Of a DNA stretch of 64,000 nt, positions 12,500-24,969 are shown one piece after another (within the stretch, counting starts at the first letter, position 1; each line of letters starts with the position of its first letter). The stretch is from Octopus vulgaris (Eukaryota). The position numbers were made by a program, and so were the translations under genes. Below the pieces are notes generated by a model. It was not told the origin of the DNA, made no database searches, and saw only the letters and a list, made by a program, of their open reading frames with translations. The DNA is taken from positions 75,268,001 to 75,332,000 of the forward strand of contig OX597820.1 in the NCBI GenBank assembly GCA_951406725.2, written 5' to 3'.

Positions 12500-13085
12500 C
12501 CTTTCTTCTCCTGAGATATCTATAACACTTCTCATCTCATTCTGGCAGCTTAGCTCTACAACACCTTTCTCAACATATGAACTGTCCCGAGCATTGCTGC
12601 TAACTGAGTATTTCCTATGAAGTTTGGTATTTGCAGCTTTTGGTGCAAGAACATTACTTTCTTTGAATTGGTCCCCAGTGTACCGATCGTGATAGTGATC
12701 ACAATCACTTTTGAGGGTGTATGGATTCGTGTTACTTCAAATACTAACTTTTGCTACTTCTCGATCTTCCCGTTCTCTCTCTTCATAATATTCTGGTCTG
12801 CAGGTTTAGCTACGTCGATTAAGGTCCGTTCTTCGAATTCCTTTCGTAAGAGAGTGATACCTGGTCTGTTATATCGCAGCTTCTTTTCTGCTTAGATTGC
12901 TTCGTCAGCTGGAGTTGTAACATCAATCAGAAGAGAAGTGCTTTCAATGTATTTTTTTTCACCTCGAGATCTGGTCGGTTTGCGTATATTTCCCGATCAG
13001 TCTGAACTCTGAAATTCCAAGTAAAGATAATCTTGACGTTCTGGGCAAAATGTGGTGGATTGTGTTCCTACCAACATTGTTTGTG
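12500..13085 (-). mobile_element. R4/Dong-like RLE endonuclease fragment(s)
   Basis: Minus strand WNFRVQTDREIYANRPDL...LIDVTTPAD, a second NRPG..LIDVAKPADQN, and IGTLG...LAAMLGTVHMLRKVL. Confidence 0.75.
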
Positions 13086-13307
13086 AGAGAAGTAAACGTC
13101 TATCCCCCTCCCCACAAATTCCAGGCCGTGTGCCTATAGTAGAAAACATTTTTATCATAACTCTTATTATTATTATTATTAGTGTTGTTATTGTGGTTGT
13201 TATTGTTGTGCTTGTTTTTCTTGTTCTTGTCCTTGCTGATGTTCTTGTGAACTACTAATACCATTGCTACCATGCTGCTGCTACTACTACTACGTCTACT
13301 ACTACTC

Positions 13308-13346
<39 letters not shown>

Positions 13347-14251
13347 GTGCTACTACTGTTAGTTTTGTGATTGTGTCTTTATAATGTCAAATTAATTTTT
13401 GTCTTTCTGACAGAATGTTCCAATACGATTCATTTATCGATTTCCATGCATTGACACAAGTAGAGAAAATTAAAAATTAAACTCGAAAACAAATAATTCA
13501 CATTGATTTCATTATTATGTTTATTTTTATTTCTATTTTTGTTAATGAATACAATAGATTTCTACATTCCTTCTGTGTGATTGCATCGGAATAAATTTTC
13601 TTTAGATTTTAGAAAATCTTAGCAAATGTATGATTCTACATGTGTAATGTCAACTGTTTCTTAAATCTTAAAAGATTACATCATTTATTTCTGTATTTTC
13701 TAACATCAGTTTTATTGTTTACGTTTAAAGAATAAAAAAAAATAACACAATACGATAATCTGGAAATGTAAAAGACATAAAGAAGATACAAATCAGAATT
13801 TTAACGATTTATTATTATCAATTCTCTTATTTCCTTCGAAACTATATGAATTTCTTTTCTATGGCTGATACTTGTCGACATACATCAGAGTAGAAGGTGC
13901 ACGTGTAATGTTTCGTTATTTCGATATTATACATTTTTTTATTCAATGTTCTAGTCGCATTATGCAATTGACACATTGGTTTTAAGTTCATAAGTATCGC
14001 AGAGATGTATTGATTTCCTACTTAGGCAAAAATACAAATATTTAAGGATCTGATCCCATCGATTAAATCGACATAAACACATTATTTATACATATGGCCT
14101 TGATCTCATAAACATAAAATGAAAAGAATGTAGTTTATCTTGATAAGATTTGTGCTCTGCCGCTGGATATTCAAAGCTAAATACCAAAGAAATATATTCG
14201 TAGTTGTGTGTGCTTCAGTGTAACACAAAAAAACAGTTACACACACATGTA

Positions 14252-14367
<116 letters not shown>

Positions 14368-14499
14368 GTATTATACTTATACATACATATATATATACAC
14401 GCACACACGCACACACAGACACTCAAATATACACACACATACATGCACACACAGACACACGCATATACACACACATACACACATAGAAACGCACACATA

Positions 14500-14960
14500 T
14501 ACAGGTGTTCAGTGTGGGAGAAGTATTTGATAGTTTAATAAAGCTGTAATCTATCAAAAGTGTATTTTAATCAATATTTGTGTGCATTTTATCGATAAGC
14601 TTACAATATTATTTTATGAATATGTCTCACCTTCGAACGCTCTTTCATTGTGGGACCGGAATCGCTGACATTCCTGCACGGATTGGTCCTTATTCATTTC
14701 AGATATCCCCTGGACAATGGCAGCCTTCAATGAAGGTGTCGTATTTTGAGAATGTCAATTTGCCTATGTTTCTGCAACACTCCGAACGCTGTAGTCCACA
14801 GAATGTAAATCTACCGAGTATGGAAGCTACAAGTTTGGTGTTACATGATCGTAAATATTGTCTTACATCCATTCTTGGATTGTGTGGCTTTCGTGAGAAG
14901 ATGCTGCAACTTACAGAAACTTGAATGGTCTTCCAATTCATACATCTGTCATAAACAATC
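14500..14960 (-). mobile_element. Decayed Tc1/mariner-superfamily transposase C-terminus and 3' end
   Basis: ASSHESHTIQEW...TPNL*LPYSVDLHSVDYSV...SLKAAIV...CQRFRS resembles APSH..TQEW..WPP.SPDLNP.DY.VW..LKAAI..C.RFR.R; ends at TA|caggtg. Confidence 0.7.
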
Positions 14961-15150
14961 CCTAGTACCTTAATAACTATTTCTATACCCCCAACATATC
15001 CAACAGCATTAACTCTCTGACCCCTTTGCTAGTATTTTATTAGCTACGAGGGTTCTGAATGAAATACATTTTAATTGGTTTGAGGAGAGAAATATACTAC
15101 GAATTAAGTGTCCTCTGATACTCCTCGTTTACTATATATATACATGTATA

Positions 15151-15447
15151 TCTTTATATATAAAAGTCAAGTTGTGTGTCTGTCTCCAACGATTTAGATT
15201 CCTAACTACTCCCACATTTTGCGGTGCAGTTTAACCAAAAGCGGGTATCTTATAGTCATGATTCATATCGAGCCCTTCTGGGTATTAGCGCGCGTCTACG
15301 ATGAGTCTACGATTTAAAAAAAATTTACCATCATTTTTTCCCATTTTTTATGCATTTTTTGCTATTATATAAGGGAAGTAACTCTCGAAAAATGCTTATA
15401 TTGTTATTTCCCTTACAAACCCGAGCAACGCCGGGCGATACTGCTAG
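15151..15447 (+). mobile_element. Non-autonomous Helitron
   Basis: 5' A|TCtttatatataaaa, subterminal hairpin cccgagcaacgccggg, 3' CTAG|T; no TSD. Confidence 0.85.
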
Positions 15448-16529
15448 TATGTAATAAACGATTACTAGAATATTCAATTTCGAAATGCAATGATACGAAA
15501 TTAAAGCATATAGTGGTTAGTTGACATATATAACGCATATCTTATAATAATTCTGATTGATCGCACATTACTGAGCCCCTCCGTAACGCTTTCACATGAT
15601 TAGCTGAAGAGAAAGACGAAGAGTGGGAGGAAAAGGAGAAAGAAAAGATGGAGAGAAAAAAGTCGGAGAGAGAGGCATCTGTGACGTGGAGTAGAAGGAA
15701 CGTAATTGTAACGCTTCACGTGATTGGTTGAAGGGAAAGAGAGAAGAAGCGGGAGAAAGAAATAAAAAAGAGAAAGAAAAAGAGAATACGGTGAAGAGTG
15801 AGACAAAAAAAAAAAAGAGTGAGAGAGAAAAAAAGGAGAAAGAAAAAGGGAGAGAGAAGCGCCCATGATGTGTCATGGGGGAACCTAATATTTATTACGT
15901 GGATAAAAAAAAGTAAGCTGAAACTAGTGACATAGAGAGGGTGAGTTAGAGATATATTTTTAAATAAGGAAGTGATGTTCTGATGGTGAGGTTAAATAAA
16001 GGCACAAAGAGAGGGAAAGAGACGGGGCGAGAGAGATGATGGTGGTGGTTGTGATGGTGGTGATGGTGGTGGAGATGGTGGTGGTGCTAGAGGTTGCGGT
16101 GGTGAGTGTATAGTGAAAATGTATTTTTGTTTTTAAATGGAACTAAGTTTTTTATATTGCCTATCACATAACGCATGGGCATAGAGGCAATTCCGAGAGA
16201 TATTCATGCTTATTTGCGTACAGATATACGCAATTATTCTATAGGTACGGGTACTATTATTATTATTGGGGAAAAAATTATTGAATATTATTTTATGAGT
16301 GTTGTGTTTTATGTCTATAAATTGTGCATTTAATATATAAAGTGTATATATTTCTATACAGACACAACACAGTCTACGCTTTCAGGTTTTTGGGATAACA
16401 TTTTCAGAAATAACCCAATAGGTTTACTATTAATTGCGTGAAATATTCATGGGCCCCGATAGTATACATTACTGTGATTGTGAGTGTGTGTGTATACATA
16501 TATATTCATATGTACATATATACTTATAT

Positions 16530-16790
16530 AATGGGGAGAATTCGCAAAAAACAAAAGACGATAGGTGGTGTAGACAACAAACAGATGTATTGGTATAACG
16601 CTTGGGAAGTGAAAAAGTCTTTAACGTTTCGAACCTACGCTCTTCCACAGAAAGAACACAGAAAGAAACAAGGAGAGAAAATAAAGAATGTGTTGTGGCT
16701 AGCGATCTGTCATGGCGAATGCCGGACAGAAGGGTCGCATAGGAGAGCTAGGGAGAAGGGAAATCGTGGCTGACAGACGTGCTGGTTACA
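16530..16790 (-). mobile_element. Short PLE-derived (pLTR-like) element with degenerate hammerhead-like motif
   Basis: Minus strand cttt-CTGTGGA-agagc gtag gttc-GAAACGTTA-aag (16619-16654); related to 51358-51577; abuts TA repeats. Confidence 0.55.
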
Positions 16791-18027
16791 CAGGTTTTTT
16801 GTTCCTCAATCTTTGCTCAATGAGTCGTCTTTATTTTGAAGATGACCAAATGAAAATTCTTTCTTTTCGAGGAATTCGAAATAAAGATTTTAGCTTGATT
16901 TGAACGTGTGTTCCGATAACGTAGGTTAATAAAAAGCGCTTTTCTCTGCAGACTATATATTTGTTTCAATATTTTGACGTCACTGTCGCATTAAAATGTC
17001 TCCTAGATACACCCCTGAAGGAAATTGCAATAGTACAACAAAACAATAAGATTACTACTCAAAAACAAATTACACCATTGAACGAATGCTAACATAGAAA
17101 TACTATTATTAACATATGAATGAAATTTCCTTTGAATTTTTTTTCTCTGAACAGCTTAACACATATTTGAAAGATAGCGTTGACAAGACTAACATCAAAA
17201 ACGCTCGTTGCACACAAAAATATGTTGAACCATTTCGTTTAGTAGCAGTAATGTAAAAACAGTCAGTTTTGCCTTCTATATTAATCAGTCGGTGATGATA
17301 AACGTGACGAAGTTCCGAGAGAATTAATTAACTCTGAGAATTGTGTAAAATCAGACGGTCTCTCATTGATTTGTATGAGGTGTAATTCAGGAAAGAGCAG
17401 AGAAATAAATAATATATATACGCCTAAGGAAGGAAGCCATTTTCCTCTTGCTGTTTGAACAGCAGATAGAAGTACTCTAGGACAAATTGGGAGATATTAG
17501 CTCCGTTGATGAGTTTAAGGATTCTGGTAATCTTTCCTATATTTTCAGGACCAAAGATGCAAGTAAATATAAGCTGAAATGACTAGACATACTTCCAGTC
17601 AGTAATCTATGATCTAATAATTGGTACGAACACCTACAAGGGGAAGGAGAAGAATTTGTGTTTGGTCGGCACATTTGAAACTGAGTTCGGACTGATGCTT
17701 AATTTAGCTCAGAAGGGAAGCGACATGTAGTCGAGAAAGGCCAGGATAGATTTCCTAGTTCTTATGATTACGAAATCACAAGTCCACACAAAACCAGTGC
17801 CCAGTTGAGAGACTAAAGACGCAGGGAAAAGATCTAATGTGTGTGTGTGTGTGTGTGTTTGTATCTGTATCTTCTAATAATATAATATAAAATAATATAA
17901 TGTAAGGAAATGTTAGAATATTAAATGTCTGTTCTGATTGAACTAGTTCTTTCATGCATTAAACTATGCAATCTTCACGTTCATGTAGCAGTGGTGACAG
18001 TTATGTTTTACAATTTACAACTAAGTT

Positions 18028-18068
<41 letters not shown>

Positions 18069-18150
18069 AAAATTTAAATTACAATGAGCGTAAACAAACA
18101 AACGAAGTTTGCTTTAGAAGCGTTGAGATGTCTTAGAAAGTGAAAGAAGG

Positions 18151-18339
18151 GATTTTAAATTTTAAACGCAGGATAATGCTAATGATATAGCCTGAAGAGG
18201 ATAAGCTACCCCTAATTTGCGGAAAAAAGTGCTGACGGCCGGCTAGCCTGCCGCCAACACTTTTTCTCACAAAATAGGGGTAGCTTATCCTGTTCAGGCT
18301 ATATTACTAGCATTATCCTGCGTTTGAGAATTTAAAATC
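18151..18339. repeat. Spacerless imperfect palindrome (~94-bp arms)
   Basis: Left arm gattttaaat...gacggccggct is the reverse complement of agcctgccgcc...tttaaaatc with about a dozen differences; centred on CTAG 18243-18246. Confidence 0.95.
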
Positions 18340-18346
18340 ACGTGAG

Positions 18347-18383
<37 letters not shown>

Positions 18384-19354
18384 TGTGTGTGTGTATGTGT
18401 GTGTGTGTATGTATGTATACACTTACATACATACATACATGCACACACAAACGCACACAAACACGTATTCCATAAAAAAATATTGCTGAATACCAGTGCT
18501 ACACTAGGGACCAAAATTAAGCTATGACCAGTACCAGAATGTTTTAGATGGTACGTGAAGTTATACTACCTCCTCGTTTTACAGTAATTAGTTACACGAT
18601 CCTTGCTCCCTCAAAAAACGATGGTCACAATCAATTGGAGTCATTATCGTCATCTTTTTAAAAGCAGCATACTTTCTCTCGTTATGCGGGTAGTAGTAAA
18701 AAAAGTGCATTGAGCTTAATGCATATCTGGTCATTCTGTTCCGAAAGGCCGCTTGCCGCACCTACTTTTTCCCTCCCTGAATCTCTTCATGTAAATTTAA
18801 CAGTTGAAAGACTTGGTCAGAGCCTTTGTGTCGTGCAGATGAATCAATTATGAAACGCTGGCTTTTCATTTGGTCATTACATCCCGATTCTCTCGTTCAT
18901 TTGTTCCCTCATATCACAAAATCCGGAAATGATAAATTATGATAATGTTTATTTTGATGTAGCATTACTATAAATGAGCGAACGTCATCATATATAGAAA
19001 CGCCTGCAACTCATATTAAAGCTTGCTCTTTTCTTCTTTTCATATTATCTGAAAGTAAAATTCCTATTCCATTCATTTGCTGTTTGTAATTCCGATATTT
19101 TAATTGTGTCTATATAAAACTCTTACTTCTGAACAAAGAAATCTACTTCGAGGAATACAGGGATATGAAACATGATATATAAGGATATTCCTAGTGTGTT
19201 ATGTTATTGATTTCTTACTTAAAAGGATCATTGTATAATTTAGATAAATGAAACAAAAAAAAACCGGTCTAAGCTCGTTATTAGGAAACGTTCCTTTTCA
19301 TCGTCGCTTGTTTGAATTCATGTCTCATATCTTTTATCTTCCACTAGTTGCAAT

Positions 19355-19492
19355 CATCGGAGTGTGGCCACACCGGAGCATTGCAATGAAGATTTTACTC
19401 CAGAGAATCGAACCATCCACTCCCCGGTACCTATTTTTTATAGCTTGGTAGTTATTCTATCTGTCTATTCTTCTGAACCTCTAAGTTATGTG

Positions 19493-19539
<47 letters not shown>

Positions 19540-19832
19540 CCCCAGCATGGCCACAGATCGTGAGCTGAAACTAGATAAAATATAATATATAAAAATTTAT
19601 GTATATATGTATACACATACCTGTGTGCATATATATGCGTGTATATACGAATATACTGTATATAGATATGGCGGGATTCTCTCAGTTTTCGGCAATCGAA
19701 TCGATTCACGATGCTTCGATCGGCCCGGGACTATAGTAGAAGACGCTTTCCCAAGTTACTACGCAATGAGACTGAACCCGATACCATGTGGTTAGGAAGG
19801 AAGCTTATTACCATGAAGCTACGCCAGCGCCC
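19355..19832 (-). mobile_element. Degenerate SINE family A
   Basis: ctatagtagaagac, actgaacccg B-box complement and ttattctatc core; aligns to 59589-60025. Confidence 0.8.
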
Positions 19833-20416
19833 ATTCCAAATTTAATGCAAGGAACGTCATATTTCATAATTTCTGATGTCTTGGGCAAGTGTTTTAACTT
19901 AGTCTGCAACAATTATTTGCTTTGCTCATTTTAATCTGAATCAGAATTTTTTTTCGTATTGATTGTCAATATTCTTTAAAGCCCACGGCCCAAGAGAAAT
20001 TAATTAAAAACTACTAAAATAGTTTTTAATCTGCTATAATGCTTTTTCTTTAAACGCAAAACTTAATAAACTATAAAACGATAAAGAATAAAATACAATA
20101 TAAGCAAAGTCTAAACGAAAAAAAAAGTCAATGAATAGACAAGACACGTTTAGTCTTTTAGGTTTCTTCAATTCATATAACAGAGTAGTTGTTTATTTAA
20201 GATGTAATGCATATTTAAAGTGCAAAATATAAAACATCTTTGAATCAACACGGTTTAAGTGTGTATATAATATAAAAGCATCTACGAATACTTATATCTA
20301 ATCTATTTTTCTTCAAATGCACTTAATGTCAAATGTTTTTGTCTCTTGTAAGATCAAATTTAGATAAAATGCTTTTTCAGTTCATCCTAATGGATTTTCA
20401 ACGAAGTTAAAAATTG

Positions 20417-20434
20417 TATTATTATTATTATTAC

Positions 20435-20497
<63 letters not shown>

Positions 20498-20525
20498 CAT
20501 TATTATTATTATTATTATCATTATT

Positions 20526-20591
<66 letters not shown>

Positions 20592-20616
20592 TTTATTATT
20601 ATTATCATTATTATTA

Positions 20617-20681
<65 letters not shown>
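20417..20681. repeat. Compound (TTA)n/(TCA)n microsatellite
   Basis: Direct reading. Confidence 0.97.
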
Positions 20682-20683
<2 letters not shown>

Positions 20684-21319
20684 AATCATTTCCCAATCGC
20701 TAGCAATCCATCACATTTTCCATTTATTTCGCTGCTACAGCTTCTAATAGACTTTAGTAATGTGTGAGGATTTAACGATTGCTTTAATAATTCACCAATG
20801 GTTTACGGCACTTTGCTATTTACTTCAATTTCTGATAGTACTTTGTTTAATTTTCTCGCTCGTTATCGTCTTTTCCAAACCTCTATATCTCTCTGCTTTT
20901 GTCTATATGTATTTCTCTTACTCATTACAACTCTGTTTCTCTAACTCCTTTTCAATCTACCCCCATCGCCTCTCTCTCTCTCTCTCTCTCTTACTTTTTA
21001 TCTCAACCCATTCATTATCGGAAATATATTTACTAATACGATAAGATCGCAAATTATTGGTCAATCAATAATGTTAACAGGTGTGGCCGTATTACAGAGC
21101 AAATATATAAAGCAAACAGCAACTGGTTCAAACACTAGCAAAATAGCTTTGCAGTTTGTAATGTAGTTCTATGTTTTCCTATGCTCAAGATCAGTACACA
21201 TTCGTATAGAATGAATTAAAAACAGTAATTAAACAAAAACCAGTAATATCTCCGGATCAAATCAATAATCACTATTCACATATCAGCGAACATTGGATTT
21301 GTACTCCATTTGGTCGAAT

Positions 21320-21447
21320 TTATTTATTTCTTTATTGTCCACAGGGGGTCGAACAAGGACACACAAAGGGATTAAATCGATTACATCATCCCCAGTGCGT
21401 AACTGGTACTTAATTTATCGACCCCTAAAGAATGGAAAGCAAAGTCT
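21320..21447 (-). mobile_element. SINE family B 3' part
   Basis: ccagtgcgtaactggtacttaatttatcgaccc core complement. Confidence 0.8.
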
Positions 21448-21469
21448 CCTAAGACGTCGTGTTTCAGTG

Positions 21470-21765
21470 AAGGCGCGGTAGCTTAATGATTAAGGTATTT
21501 GGCTCACGATCGTAATGTCAGTAGTCCTATAACCGGCGGCACGTTGTCTCTCTGAGCAAGACTTCATTTCCTGTCGCCCTAGTCAATTCAACGGGCAAAA
21601 TTGAGGAGTACCTAGATTTCAAAGGGCTAGTTTTGTCATATTCTGTCTCATAGCAAATCTCCCTGAGAACTGTATTAAGGGTTACAAATGTCTGTGGAGC
21701 ATTCAGCCACCTGCACGTTAATCAGATCAATTGGAACGCTTTACCAACGGGATGCCGCGATACCA

Positions 21766-21768
<3 letters not shown>
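21470..21768 (+). mobile_element. tRNA-derived SINE, family E (degenerate)
   Basis: aggcgcggtagcttaatgattaag head, tgagcaagac motif, and tail ccctgagaac...tgtctgtggag..ctcagc also seen at 54860-55145. Confidence 0.6.
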
Positions 21769-21835
<67 letters not shown>

Positions 21836-22219
21836 TTCACTATTTTCCTCTCATTCCGGTCTAACTATTCTTCATGTTTGTTTTCGTTTGGTCTCCTTGT
21901 ATGTTTATGTCCCTTTTTTAATCTATCGTTCAAATAACCTTCCCAAGGTACGTGTATACATATATACTTATATATACACACCCATTTATGTGTATATATG
22001 TATGTGTGTATGTGTGTGTGTGTGCGTGTGTGTGTGTGTGTGGATACCATTGTCAGGTCACTTGTGAGGTCTCTCGTAATTGCAACTGGTAACACAGAAT
22101 CTAACTTGTTACATGGTCAGATCGTCGGCAACTAGACTAGAACCCTACAAGGCTTGCCTAGTGATAAGAGTTTCCAGAAACCCAGGGGGACTAGAAACAA
22201 GACCTAGGACGGATAAACC

Positions 22220-22620
22220 TAATGAAGATTCAGCGACTATTTAGCAATAACGCGAGCTCTCAGAAATTCTGGGTCGGTTTCTGCCGTACTGCAAGACCAC
22301 CGCCTGTGACGAGCGTCTCAGCATTTGTTAAAACACGCCTCTAGAAGGTCATTCTGATTATGCAGGAAACGACGTTCACCATTTTGGGGATCGTTTCCGT
22401 GTGCATGAGATCATGGTCCTCCCACTTCCTCGAGCCTGCTACCGATATTGGTACTAGATATTATGCCTTGGTTTGCCAATAGAGTATTTCTGAAGGGTGG
22501 AAAGTGTCTATGAGATGTTGCAAAAGCCTTGTTGGACCTAAAGGTCCGGTAAGAGGCTGCGGCGCGGGGCATGCCAGCTGCCGACACGAATTCGGGTGAA
22601 GATGTTCACATGCGAAATAA
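22220..22620 (+). mobile_element. Possible decayed L1/Tx1 endonuclease N-terminus
   Basis: Pieces NxRALRNSG and VILIMQETTF resemble the N.RGL and QET motifs; frameshifted. Confidence 0.35.
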
Positions 22621-22694
22621 TGTTGCATTTTGTACGCATCATGTCTAGTGATGAACAACCAGTGCTATATATATTATTTCGTTCTTTTGTTCTC

Positions 22695-23101
22695 TTATTT
22701 CGTTCAATCCTTTCAGAGCGGCCATGCTGGAGCACCGCCTATAGTCGAACAAATCGACCCTAGGACTTATTATTCTCTATAAGCCTAGTACTTATTCTAT
22801 CGATTTCTATTGCCGAAGGGCTAAGTTACGGGGACGTAAACACTCCAACATCGGCTGTCAAGCTATGGGGGGATAGACACATACACACAAACACATGCAT
22901 ACACACATATATACATACATACATATATATGCATGTATACAATGGGCTTCTTTCAGTTTCCGTCAACCAAATCCACTCACTAGGCATTGGTCGGCTCGAT
23001 GCTATAGTAGAAGACACTTACCCAAGATGCAAAGCAGTGGGACTGAACCCGGACCCATGTGGTTGGGAAACAAGCTTCTTTCCACACAGCTACTCCTGCA
23101 C

Positions 23102-23103
<2 letters not shown>
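22695..23103 (-). mobile_element. SINE family A, full length
   Basis: Aligns end to end with 59589-60025. Confidence 0.9.
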
Positions 23104-23140
<37 letters not shown>

Positions 23141-23159
23141 TTATTTTTTAATCTTGTAA

Positions 23160-24570
23160 CTTTTAAGCCCAAAGGCTGTAGCCATCCTGAGGCATAAACA
23201 GTGTAATCGCTTTTTCAGTGGCCATTCTCATGCGATTAGCTTTTGGTGAAGGGGTTCCACATTGCTACCCTTTAAGTTTCTTGGCATGATGCAGGTTCAT
23301 CTAGGACATTGGACAGCAGGAGGTAAAGTTGTTTCTCGAAAACAACTAATGCTACAACATTTAGATCCCTCAGATGTTAAATTGTTGTGCGTCCTTTAAT
23401 CCCAAGCTTCTGCTGCACATGGTTCTCACTGTAGACGGGATAGTTAGCACCTCTGGAACATCGCAGTGACGTCCAGTTTGGTACCGTCAACTCCCCCAGG
23501 ATCTCCTATACGTATATCGTTGTATATATTTCCTGTCTTTGCTCCAGCGAGTAGACATGTAGTGCTTTCAGTCTCTCTCAGCAGCTCAAATGTTTGATGC
23601 AGTCTCCCTGGTGTAGTACTGCTGAAGTGTCTCAATTCCTCTATTTAACTGACACTGTGGAGTGACCAGCGTTGAGAGAATTAGTTCATACAGCTGTGTA
23701 CAAATGTCCTCCATAGAACCACTATAGTTTCCTGGTTCCTTGTTCTGAAAGTTCTCAGAATCTATCGAGCTATACACCTGTACTTTGCCACTATCTTGGT
23801 GATATTCAGGTGAAATGAGGCATTTTTGCTCATATCATTCCCAAGATCATGTATTGTACTTGACTCTGGAATTTCCACTCCTTTTCATGCAAAGTATCCT
23901 TGTTGGTATATGTGAGCACAAGCTAGACAGCAGAGAGCTTAGAATTCCCCTGCGTTAAATTGCATGTTATTTCATTCAGCCCATTTATATATGACATCTA
24001 GGTATTTCTGTAGAAGATTAGTGTCGGACGTTTCCCTGACTGCTTGTAGTACATTTGTGGCATAGGCATAGTTAATAAGTGTAACTGTCTGAATTAATGA
24101 TGGCATGTCTGAAAGACCTGTCATAAACAGCAGCAGCTTCAAAACTGTTCCCCGATGCACTTCAATCGCTATTACTGTCCTTGGAGAGGATTCCATTTGC
24201 TGGCAAAATCCGGTTTCAGTGTTTTAAAAAGTCATGTAACCACTCTCCCAGTTTTCCGACAATTGCGGATCTCATGACCCTATCAGAAGCCTTTGTAAAA
24301 TCAAGATATATATATCACACTCACGTTTGAGCGAGTCGCTAGTTGTTTCAACATTCGGTTGTTTCAATATTGCTTCAGATGCTGTTCAACACGGCTTCTT
24401 CTTGCCCGGAAGTTGTCAGGCAGCAAATTATTATCTTCCAGGAACTCAAGCAGTTTCCTTCTGACAATGCGTCCCATGACTTTGGTGACAAGTCTAAAAA
24501 TTTTAGCATCTGCTCTGCTAGTACGTCTTTCCCAGATACTATGTGTGGTGAAGCCAGTTCAGCTGCCTAA
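23160..24570 (-). mobile_element. Decayed CR1-group LINE (RT to 3' tail), related to 33770-36610
   Basis: YLDFTKASD, GTVLKLLLF..SDMPS, YAYATNVLQAV, LDVIYKWAE and MQFNAG motifs; tail ggatggctacagcctttgggct. Confidence 0.85.
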
Positions 24571-24799
24571 CAATCTTCTGTGCTCTTTCCAAAAAAAGAC
24601 CGCTGTTCCACAGAGGGACAGCGAGAGCGAGAGAGAAGGTGAAATATATAGAAAGAAATTAGCGTGTAATGTAGCGTCAGAAATGGCTGTGAAATGATTT
24701 GCATATTCGTTTGCTCTCCACAGGAAACGTATTGAAATATTTCGTTATAGTACATTTTGGTCTGCGATTGAACTTCACTGTGTCGTTGTTGTCCTTCAG

Positions 24800-24969
24800 C
24801 ATTCTTGGAGTCATTCAGTTATAATTATTCGCTTACTGTTACCAATAGAATCGAGTGCAGGTGGATGCACCTCAGCTCCAGTCGGTGTCCCGACCGGTGG
24901 TATGGTAGCAAGCTATTACCAAACGGTACACTGATACGGGTGCAGAACCCGAAATACTCGTTCGTATAA
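24800..24969 (+). CDS. Candidate terminal coding exon of an unidentified host gene
   Basis: Acceptor ttgttgtccttcag|; phase-1 frame open to a stop: FLESFSYNYSLTVTNRIECRWMHLSSSRCPDRWYGSKLLPNGTLIRVQNPKYSFV*; GC-richer unique island; no homolog recognised. Confidence 0.25.
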
